From the IMG/VR virus record IMGVR_UViG_3300042359_000621: a DNA stretch of 64,000 nucleotides; one strand, given 5' to 3'. The position numbers and the translations under genes were made by a program. Below are positions 45,471 through 53,584 of this stretch, one piece after another; position 1 is the stretch's first letter, and each line of letters begins with the position of its first letter. The notes beneath the pieces are model-generated. The model was not told the origin of the DNA and ran no database searches. It saw only the letters and a program-made list of their open reading frames with translations. The stretch comes from a virus.

Positions 45471-47075
45471 CTATTTTTTCATCCAATCAGCCAGTCCTTC
45501 TCGGTAAGTTTTAGCAAACGCATAGCATACCGCATCGGCTAAGTTAGGCGATCGCCCGATAATACTCTTAATATCATCTTTTTTGGTAATCATTATTGTT
45601 TTCCCAGACTCCCACCACCGGAATGCACAGAGTTCTTCTTTTAATTGATCATCGGGAGGTAAACAGATCGGGATTTGATTCTTGGGGTCTAATAAGTCTC
45701 GCAGATTCCAGTACCAATAAGTCCGCATATTAGCAAAAGTCAAGAGTCCGCTTTTGTCTTTCAAATACTCGCCGTTTCCATCCTTCGCGGCTTCACTTCC
45801 TTTCAAGGGAATAACGTGCATTTTCATCCCTCGACAGGTATCGTGAACCGCAGCACCCACCCCAATTACGTCAATTTGTACCTTTACCCCAATGTTCGCC
45901 ATACAGGAGGCAATCTGCTGTGCGACAATATTGCTGTCTGGGGTCTGGCTTCCATCAAATTCCCTGAGTCTATCAAGCCAGTTGTCCCATCGCAGAGCCA
46001 ACACTGTCTTATCTATCCCACCCCTCGCCACATCCACACCAATATGGGACATTTTTAAGGTTTGAGGATAGTCAACCCATCGTTGCATCGCCAAAGTGAC
46101 CCAATCCCCAGGAATAACTTGATAGGGGTCTGATTCTGGCTCGATGGTCATGTCGCCATAGAGAAGCTGCGATCGCAAAGGTTCAGGGAGAGATTGCAGC
46201 ACCCCTCTATATCCTGAATCTTTCAGGAAAGGATTGTCGTCTAGTGTCGCTCGAATAAATGTGCGGGATCGGGGTTCTAAGTCTTCGTCTCCAATTCTGA
46301 TCTTTTTAGGCTTGGGATAATAGAGTTTTCCCTCAACCTTTACAGGATCAAGAGAAGAAACCTCGTGGATTTCCTTGCCAATCGTGAGATAAAAGCTATC
46401 AACATCTACTTCTTGGTCTTTCCCGTTTACCCCCACAAACCAGCGCAACTCACCTGGTTCGGCAAGGTGTCTTCCCGTCTGAGATTCATATTTTGGATCA
46501 AGCCAGGGAGCCAGATAACCAATAATCCATCGCCCACTTACTTGACTGGGAGGATTAAACGTAAAGATTACTCGGCATTTTTGATGGGGATCGGGACTTC
46601 TGCACCAACCCGTTAAAAAGAGGAATTGCTCAAGGGAGAATTCTGTCACCTCGTCTACTGCCTTGAGATCGTGTTCAATCCCTCGCCAGTTTTCAATATC
46701 ACTTTCATGTTGCGCCGCGCCAAACTTTAGAGTTCTCCCTCCGGGTATTTTCCTCCACAGCTTTTCGTTACTATTGTAAGTAGCCCCACTCCCCCGTAAT
46801 AATAGCCGTGATTTTTCAATAATATCTAGCAGCCGAGGATACTCTCGCCGGAAAACAATTGATTTCCGGTGTTGTGTCACCGCCATAATCTGAATGATTG
46901 CGGTTTTCCCCCCTCCAGCACTCCCCCCAAACCCAATAATGTCAGCATGGGAAGACAAAGCCATTCTTTGTGGTTCACTTTTGGGTTCCCAAGGGTTCCA
47001 GTTTGCAATACTCTGTCCAGTAAATCCTAATTTGTCTAATACAGAAGGGTAGCCACTATGTCTTTGTTTTGTCAC
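45471..47075 (-). CDS. terL: Terminase large subunit
   Basis: Walker A GFGGSAGGGKT, Walker B LKAVDEV, and the nuclease motif IGVDVARGGIDKTV. Confidence 0.85.
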   Translation of the reverse strand: MTKQRHSGYPSVLDKLGFTGQSIANWNPWEPKSEPQRMALSSHADIIGFGGSAGGGKTAIIQIMAVTQHRKSIVFRREYPRLLDIIEKSRLLLRGSGATYNSNEKLWRKIPGGRTLKFGAAQHESDIENWRGIEHDLKAVDEVTEFSLEQFLFLTGWCRSPDPHQKCRVIFTFNPPSQVSGRWIIGYLAPWLDPKYESQTGRHLAEPGELRWFVGVNGKDQEVDVDSFYLTIGKEIHEVSSLDPVKVEGKLYYPKPKKIRIGDEDLEPRSRTFIRATLDDNPFLKDSGYRGVLQSLPEPLRSQLLYGDMTIEPESDPYQVIPGDWVTLAMQRWVDYPQTLKMSHIGVDVARGGIDKTVLALRWDNWLDRLREFDGSQTPDSNIVAQQIASCMANIGVKVQIDVIGVGAAVHDTCRGMKMHVIPLKGSEAAKDGNGEYLKDKSGLLTFANMRTYWYWNLRDLLDPKNQIPICLPPDDQLKEELCAFRWWESGKTIMITKKDDIKSIIGRSPNLADAVCYAFAKTYREGLADWMKK

Positions 47076-47167
47076 CTATCTTCCCCGTATAACCAATTGT
47101 GATTTTAATTTTTATCCTTCCCTTTGAAGATGGTCTAGTTGCTCTATTTAGAACAATTCTTTCCATA

Positions 47168-47818
47168 TTAAAACTCCGTAGGAACACTTACCCCAAAATT
47201 AATTAACCAGTTATATAACCTAGACCTATCCTTAACAAAATCATCGTCCAATGGTTCGTTTTCTAAGTTTTCATCCCCACCTGTTGTTTCCCCTTTGGCT
47301 AACTCCTCCGCCTGTTTTAGTCTATCATTTGCTTGTTTACATAGCTTTGCCAAATCATCTAAAGAGTAATGATTTTCAAGTCCTCCCACCTTAAATATTA
47401 AGATAGCATCCGCTATAATATCAAGGGCTAAATCTCCCGTTGTAATAAGCTCCTGGGGAAGTAATTTAGAGTCTGTCCCATCTTCGGGATACTTGTAACC
47501 TAATAATTGTTCTAGTAAACTCAATCCTGGGATTAGCTGCTCTCGATAGGTGATTGGCTCCGTTGCTATAAAAAAATGATGGCGTGATTCTTGAGTTAAT
47601 TGGTCAGGATCAAACTCAAAAAAATGAGCTATTTTTAAATAATGATAACGAAACCGAGGGAAAAGGTAATCATCCATTTTCTCTGGGTAAATGTGAAGCC
47701 CTGCAATGGACTTCTTTAAATCCAAAAGATATGCAGATAGTTTCCTAGACTCTCTAATAGCCACAGGGAAAACCAAGATAAAATTCCCAGTCTGATAATT
47801 TAATCGGAAGTGCAACAT
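47168..47818 (-). CDS. Hypothetical protein
   Basis: ATG at 47818 overlapping the upstream TAA (TAATG). Confidence 0.45.
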   Translation of the reverse strand: MLHFRLNYQTGNFILVFPVAIRESRKLSAYLLDLKKSIAGLHIYPEKMDDYLFPRFRYHYLKIAHFFEFDPDQLTQESRHHFFIATEPITYREQLIPGLSLLEQLLGYKYPEDGTDSKLLPQELITTGDLALDIIADAILIFKVGGLENHYSLDDLAKLCKQANDRLKQAEELAKGETTGGDENLENEPLDDDFVKDRSRLYNWLINFGVSVPTEF

Positions 47819-48459
47819 TAAAGCCACTCCTCCTGACTATCTTGCCAATTAACTAACTTGATTCTATTGCCAAATAATGGCTCGAATTCGCATTGTTTTA
47901 ATTCCAAATATCGCCACCTTCGATTTAGGGATTCCCCTTCCTTGAAGACAAGATGGGCATCTAATTTTTCTATGGGTTCCTGTAGCTCTTGGGTCGCTTC
48001 ACGGTAAATCACCTGCGTCCTAATTTTTACCGTTTGCCCAGAAAGATTGGGAGAAGCATAGATTTTCCCGCCTTCTTCAACCACGATTTGAGATTGACCT
48101 GTAATCCTATCTACTAATTCTACTGTTAGAGGCGATTTATTATCGGCATTTGGGAAGTAATAAGCGATCGCCTCGCTATCTGGTTTAGGGATTTTAATAT
48201 CATATTTTGAAGCATTGCCAGAGAGGGATAATTGCCCACTATTCCCCGATAACCTCGCCTCTAAGAGCGTAAAGTCCAGAAATTCAGGGGTAACAGCCCA
48301 TCGTTTTTTCCTGCACAATGCCGCGACTAATGGATGACCAGCTAACTTTAACTCAATTTTATCTTCGTCAACCTTGACAGAAGAAGGCAACACCAAATCA
48401 GGAGGGGTGTACAACTCGCCTCCTGACTCCTTTACCCAAGCTCGGCAAACTTTACGCAT
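47818..48459 (-). CDS. Hypothetical protein
   Basis: The track ORF was trimmed to the ATG at 48459 (MRKVCRAW), which overlaps the end of the upstream gene by 8 nt. Confidence 0.45.
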   Translation of the reverse strand: MRKVCRAWVKESGGELYTPPDLVLPSSVKVDEDKIELKLAGHPLVAALCRKKRWAVTPEFLDFTLLEARLSGNSGQLSLSGNASKYDIKIPKPDSEAIAYYFPNADNKSPLTVELVDRITGQSQIVVEEGGKIYASPNLSGQTVKIRTQVIYREATQELQEPIEKLDAHLVFKEGESLNRRWRYLELKQCEFEPLFGNRIKLVNWQDSQEEWL

Positions 48460-49135
48460 TAACAGAAGCGGAGATCGCCTCCATGCTTGTAGGGTGATTT
48501 GCGAGGGTTTCAGTGCCTGTCCGTGAAACAGTAGGAGGGTTTCCCCCGTCATAAAAAATGGCTTGTGAAACCCCTGCAATATTCCGCCCACCAGAGGGGA
48601 GAATGAAGTACGTTTTTATCTCTCCTATTTTTCGCATTTTTGCGGTTCCCGATGCAGCAGTGGTTTGGGCGACAACAATATTACTAGGCGTGGTAGACCC
48701 ACCTACATCGTAAGTAATTGTTACCCCAGGCAAGTCAGAAGTAAGGGTTAAAACATTGGTCGCTGCCGTTCCTGAAACCAAAGCAGATGCAGAAGGAACT
48801 CCATTAATCTCCTCTAAAAGTCTTGTTGCAATTGTGGTCGCAGTATCACCTGACCTTTGGGTATGGGAGACAATAGCCGAGTTACCCCCGGCAGTGATTC
48901 CTATTAGGTAGTCATCCCCTGTACTCCCTGCTGTGATGGTCATGGTATTCACTTGAGACACCGCGCCACCAAAATCTGCCCAGGCTTCTAACACATCCTT
49001 TACCACCCCCCCTTCAGTAATTTGTGTCCGTACCCTTTTAAAAGGGATTGTTACCGTCAGGTCGGGTTGGGATGCAGGATAACTAATTGAGCCAATTGAA
49101 GAAGTCATTTGTTTTGAGTAATAACTTATTAACAA
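48452..49135 (-). CDS. Hypothetical virion protein
   Basis: 227 aa, T/G/S/A-rich. Confidence 0.45.
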   Translation of the reverse strand: MLISYYSKQMTSSIGSISYPASQPDLTVTIPFKRVRTQITEGGVVKDVLEAWADFGGAVSQVNTMTITAGSTGDDYLIGITAGGNSAIVSHTQRSGDTATTIATRLLEEINGVPSASALVSGTAATNVLTLTSDLPGVTITYDVGGSTTPSNIVVAQTTAASGTAKMRKIGEIKTYFILPSGGRNIAGVSQAIFYDGGNPPTVSRTGTETLANHPTSMEAISASVNA

Positions 49136-49206
49136 TATTATAATTATAATTATGCCTTAAACTCAAAGATAATTCCGCAAAAAAATACCAATAACTTTAT
49201 ATAAAA

Positions 49207-51195
49207 ATGACCGCCCAATCATCCGAGACAACAAAAAAAGAAACCACCACAGAGATTGTGAATCGTTATAGAGAAGACTCTCGTGTCATGATGCAAGCGT
49301 TAGCGGAGAGTGCCGACGCAAGTTCGATGCGAAATCCTCTCCCTGTAACGGGAAGAATCCAGCCTTTCTCTCAACAGCAAGTAGAAAACTGTTTAGCAGA
49401 CGCGATCTTAAAACGAATAGCGTGGAGCCTCCCATCTTCGTCAACTCAAAAGATGTGGCAGTTATCCTTGGGAGATGATTTTTCTAGTAAGACGGGTTCT
49501 AAATTAGTCCGAGATTATTATGCCTATCACGAAAGATTGAAAACCATATCACAATTTAGAAAAGCATTGCAGTTCTCTCGCTCTCATGGTGGGACAGTTA
49601 TTATTCTCAAGATTAACGATGGAAGACATTATTCCGAACCTGTTGATGAAGGCAAGATTAAATCAATCTCTGGGTTAATCGTTCGTCACCGATGGCAAGT
49701 TGCTCCTTCGGTGAGAACGGCTGCTAGTATATTTGACCTTGATGACATTGAACATTATGAAATCCTAACAATTGACCAACAAATAAAACAAAAATTACTA
49801 TTTAACGGAACAAATTCCAAGCAGGATGATCGCCTGATTCATCGGTCAAGAATCCTCCGGTTTAATGGGGCATTAATGCCTGATGATTGGATGATTTCCT
49901 ATAACAATGGATGGGGATTGAGTGTCTTTGACGAGGTTTGGAAATATTATAAAAACTATACAAATGGACTCAATGCAGTAGGCGAATTAATTAAAACCCA
50001 ATCAGTTCTACAGCATTCTTTTGAAGGACTGCGGGAACTGATGATGGCATCTGATGAAGAAAGTATCGCAGCTATTAAGCAAACCATGAAATCAATCCGA
50101 CTAATGTTTGATCTATATGGCATGGTTCTCCACGACTCCCGTGAACAATTCAACTGGAATGCCCGCCCCGTCGTCGGGATGGATTCACTCGTGCAAGTAC
50201 AGAAGGATGGGGTAACAGGAGCCTCTGGGATGCCTCACACGATAGTTTGGGGAGAAAGCCCTGGGGGTTTGGGGCGTGATGGCAAGGAGACCCAAATCAA
50301 CTATGCTAACTCGGTGGCAGAGTACCAAGGAGAGAGCTTAGATCCTAGCGCAGCTATTCTTGATCGTTATATCTTCTTGGCTAAAGACGGCCCCACAAAA
50401 GGCAAAATCCCCGACAACTACCAGAGGCAGTACCCTTCTATCTTGAGGATGACCATCGAGGATCTCCGCTCTGGACGCTCATCTGATATTCAGGCATTGG
50501 CTTCAGGTATTCAAGCCGGATTCATCACGACAGATGAAGCTCGGACAGTGCCTTCTAACTCCGGTTGGTGGCCAGAGCTTAACCTTGATCAAAAAGCATG
50601 GGAAGAAGCCAGGAAAAAAGCAGAAGAACAAGCAAACTTCCTTGGTGGTTTTGATATGGGAGCATTAGGAGGCGAGGAAGCTGCCCCACCCACTGAAGAA
50701 CCCGTCGAAGAAGAATCTATAACTCAAATGGACAGTGCTGTTTACACCCCAATAAAGCGGGTTCTTAATTGGCACGGGCTATCAATTGGGGTCACTCACG
50801 ACAAAGGGGATCTTCGCTATAACAAAACGATGAAGGTAGGGTATGGGCATATTAGACGCAGCTATGGACACGCGGAGGACGCAAAAGCAATCGACGTTTA
50901 TATCAAAAATCCAAACTCACCTAGTCTCTGGAAGGTTCGGCAACTCAACACAACAACAGGGGAGATTGACGAAACAAAGTATTTCTTGGGTTTTGATTCC
51001 CCCAAAGAAGTGCGCGATTGCTATTACTATCATGCCGGATTAGATCGTTTTGGAGGAGTGGAGAAGTGCGATCCTACGGAATTAAACCAATACCGCCAAG
51101 ATGCAGAAGAATTGGAGGGAGTTAATGAAGTTTATCAAAATAAGATATTAACAGATGTAGCAAATAGAATCAATCAACAAACTCAATTAGATTAA
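49207..51195 (+). CDS. Portal protein with a C-terminal extension domain
   Basis: Size and position at the start of the head operon, divergent from the TerL operon. The HRSRILRFNG region is typical of DUF1073-type portals. Confidence 0.6.
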   Translation: MTAQSSETTKKETTTEIVNRYREDSRVMMQALAESADASSMRNPLPVTGRIQPFSQQQVENCLADAILKRIAWSLPSSSTQKMWQLSLGDDFSSKTGSKLVRDYYAYHERLKTISQFRKALQFSRSHGGTVIILKINDGRHYSEPVDEGKIKSISGLIVRHRWQVAPSVRTAASIFDLDDIEHYEILTIDQQIKQKLLFNGTNSKQDDRLIHRSRILRFNGALMPDDWMISYNNGWGLSVFDEVWKYYKNYTNGLNAVGELIKTQSVLQHSFEGLRELMMASDEESIAAIKQTMKSIRLMFDLYGMVLHDSREQFNWNARPVVGMDSLVQVQKDGVTGASGMPHTIVWGESPGGLGRDGKETQINYANSVAEYQGESLDPSAAILDRYIFLAKDGPTKGKIPDNYQRQYPSILRMTIEDLRSGRSSDIQALASGIQAGFITTDEARTVPSNSGWWPELNLDQKAWEEARKKAEEQANFLGGFDMGALGGEEAAPPTEEPVEEESITQMDSAVYTPIKRVLNWHGLSIGVTHDKGDLRYNKTMKVGYGHIRRSYGHAEDAKAIDVYIKNPNSPSLWKVRQLNTTTGEIDETKYFLGFDSPKEVRDCYYYHAGLDRFGGVEKCDPTELNQYRQDAEELEGVNEVYQNKILTDVANRINQQTQLD

Positions 51196-51441
51196 TTTTA
51201 AATTAATTGGTTTTTGAATGCAACTTAGTCAACCCATTTTATTTCACTAGGGTTGGCTAAGTTGTCTAAACTGTTACATCAAATCTTTGTCGGTTCCTGA
51301 TTTACGGGCTGCGTAAATCTATGTATAGGTTAAGGTAGTTTGGCAACAATTGGCACTTCGGACAGTAAGGACACCCCAGACCCACTGCAACGGTCTGTCT
51401 CCCGCCTATTCACCAAGAAATCAATACAATAAAAAAGGTGT

Positions 51442-51466
51442 GATTTTCTTATATAGAAATTATTTT
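51442..51466 (+). promoter_or_regulatory. 25-nt motif GATTTTCTTATATAGAAATTATTTT (copy 1), candidate late promoter or regulator site
   Basis: Identical to 60778-60802. Contains a TTTCT-TATAT-AGAAA inverted repeat. Lies 74 nt upstream of the ATG at 51540. Confidence 0.5.
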
Positions 51467-51539
51467 GTAAAGTCCTGTTGATCTATAAGAATTTAACCTT
51501 AAAATTATAGTGATAACTTCTGATCAGAAGGGTTTTATC

Positions 51540-51932
51540 ATGCCAATTCCTGTTAGTTTTTTCAATCTTACAAGAGCCGGAAAGGTTTACGCCTTCAAGC
51601 CCGAAGACATCTCGTTTGGGGACGACGACACTCTTGAGGTTAAATTAAATCAAGGGGGAGATATAGCGGTCATCCCTCTTGTAAAAAAATCCGTGACATT
51701 AACAATTCAGGGTGCTGTTGACACTGATCTTGATACGTTTGAAACCGAGAGAACCCAAAATGTCCAAAACTTAATTGACAATCAGCCGGTTGGCGCAAAC
51801 ATGGCTTTTGCAAACTATATTATTTACAGTGCTTACTTGCGAAAAGTAACCCCCACTGCCCCAATTACCGTGTCAGGGAAGACCTTGTTTGACACGATTG
51901 AACTAGAGTTTGCCTCTCGCGTTTACGTTTAA
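51540..51932 (+). CDS. Hypothetical head-module protein
   Basis: The track ORF was trimmed to the ATG at 51540 (MPIPVSFF), which has GAAGGG upstream. Confidence 0.45.
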   Translation: MPIPVSFFNLTRAGKVYAFKPEDISFGDDDTLEVKLNQGGDIAVIPLVKKSVTLTIQGAVDTDLDTFETERTQNVQNLIDNQPVGANMAFANYIIYSAYLRKVTPTAPITVSGKTLFDTIELEFASRVYV

Positions 51933-51994
51933 ATTTATACTGCCTAAGCCAATCAAGGTTTAGGTAGTAGCCCCTAAAATCTATGTATAAAAAG

Positions 51995-52111
51995 ATGACA
52001 TTTATACTTTATAGACAAAGATTAAGATTTGATGCTCCGCCAACAGAAATCCAAGCGAAGTTAGCGATCGCCAAAGTACATCTCAATATTGGCAAAAGTG
52101 AACTTAATTAA
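51995..52111 (+). pseudogene. 38-aa fragment of the N-terminal module of the head-module paralog family
   Basis: RLRFDAPPTEIQAKLAIA matches LLRFDA(A/V)PTE(V/E)QMKLAI at the N-termini of 52428, 53585 and 57083. Confidence 0.5.
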
Positions 52112-52160
52112 GCAAAAACAAAGTACAATAGACTCATCGCATTAAAAAGGAAAATCAATT

Positions 52161-52385
52161 ATGAAAGCTAAAAAAACTGCTGTTGAAGGACAGAAGAAAA
52201 TTAAAACCGTTCCCCCTGCTGTTGTAGATGAAGATGAGGATGTTTTAGGGGAAGGGGAGACATTGCAGGAATTTGACAAGAGAATGGAGAAAAAATATCC
52301 GAAAAGAAGTTATGACGATTTGACAGAAGAAGAAAAACGCGAACGTGCCAAACGTTTTGTAGCTCAAGGGCCGGAAGACTGGTAA
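52161..52385 (+). CDS. Hypothetical charged protein
   Basis: 74-aa ORF with AGGAAAA upstream. Confidence 0.45.
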   Translation: MKAKKTAVEGQKKIKTVPPAVVDEDEDVLGEGETLQEFDKRMEKKYPKRSYDDLTEEEKRERAKRFVAQGPEDW

Positions 52386-52427
52386 GTTTGCAATCCGCAC
52401 CCGTACAGAAAGATTTAACTCAAAACA

Positions 52428-53516
52428 ATGGTCACCACCTTAAACCGTCAAAATCTCCTTCGCTTTGATGCTGTTCCTACCAAGGAACAGATGCGGTTGG
52501 CGATCGCTCAAACACTATCCCTCCCCTCAATTTATAATTCTCCAGTTATCATACTGGACTTTGAAGTGGGTGATGATGGTAAAATTACGGGGCGGTTTAA
52601 GGATGCTGATCGTCCTCGTGTGTTTAGCTTCGAGATTTTGGACGATATCCGTTTTAGCCCTTTTAAGTCTGGGCGACTGGACAATGAGGAGGAATGGGAG
52701 GATTTTTCCCTTGGTTATAGCTTTCGCTTTGATACACCCGGAGGGGCTAAAAAAAAGCCGCAGTGCGTGAAACCCACGTCTTATAATTGTGGTAAATCTT
52801 GCATAAATATTAAGAAAAATTGCAGGTGCAATCCCGATGATGCTCAGTCAAAAGATAGAATAGATAAATTAAAGTCTCTGGCGAAGGATTTTAAAAAGGG
52901 GCAAGAAGGGGGAGGAAAGCAGAAGGAATCAAAAGTTTCTGAATCAAAGGACAAGAAACTTTCTTACTCTAATTTTGAGAGTGACTTTGAAGACCTTTAT
53001 TTTGAGGAGAAAAGGAAACAAGAGTTAAAAGGTGTTGTAGCAATTAAACGCCGACAGATGTTAGATATTGCCGAAGGAAAGTACAATGTTCCCCGTGAAC
53101 AGTTAGAGGATTATTTCGAGAAGTTAAAAGATAATAAAAAAATATTCTCAGTAATAGAGAAAGGGGAAGAATTATTATCTTGGGTTGGAGGACAGACACC
53201 CAAAAAGCAGGGAAAACAACCTAAAGCCAAATCTTCTAAAACAAAAGACTTAGTTGCAGGACAAAAAGCAATCAAGGAAAAACAGATATCTTATGCTAAA
53301 TTCGAGAAAGACTTTAAAGAATTCTATAACGAAGAAAAAAGAAAGCAGGAACTACAGGGGGTTGTAGCAATTAAACGCAATAAGTTGTTAGATGATTATG
53401 CTAAAAAAAATGGGATTTCTCGACAGCAATTAGATAATCATTTTGAAAGTCTTAAAACCAATGGTAAGATATTCTCTGTCAAAGAGAAAGGGGAGGAGTT
53501 GTTTCAGTGGAACTAG
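52428..53516 (+). CDS. Head-module paralog 1: shared N-terminal module plus two 75-aa tandem repeats
   Basis: The N-terminal 160 aa are homologous to 53585 and 57083, including C-x7-C-x3-C-x6-C. Repeats span aa 178-252 and 287-361. Confidence 0.6.
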   Translation: MVTTLNRQNLLRFDAVPTKEQMRLAIAQTLSLPSIYNSPVIILDFEVGDDGKITGRFKDADRPRVFSFEILDDIRFSPFKSGRLDNEEEWEDFSLGYSFRFDTPGGAKKKPQCVKPTSYNCGKSCINIKKNCRCNPDDAQSKDRIDKLKSLAKDFKKGQEGGGKQKESKVSESKDKKLSYSNFESDFEDLYFEEKRKQELKGVVAIKRRQMLDIAEGKYNVPREQLEDYFEKLKDNKKIFSVIEKGEELLSWVGGQTPKKQGKQPKAKSSKTKDLVAGQKAIKEKQISYAKFEKDFKEFYNEEKRKQELQGVVAIKRNKLLDDYAKKNGISRQQLDNHFESLKTNGKIFSVKEKGEELFQWN

Positions 53517-53584
53517 GTTAGTATTTTAAAAGCAAGCTAAAACAGATCCAAGTAAAAAAATTAGAATTAATTAAATTTTAAAAT

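Noticed and set aside
48452-48591. Programmed frameshift suggested by the 140-nt overlap of ORFs 48452..49135 and 47818..48591
   Set aside because: An internal ATG at 48459 (MRKVCRAW) gives a conventional 8-nt overlap. No slippery heptamer was seen at the junction.
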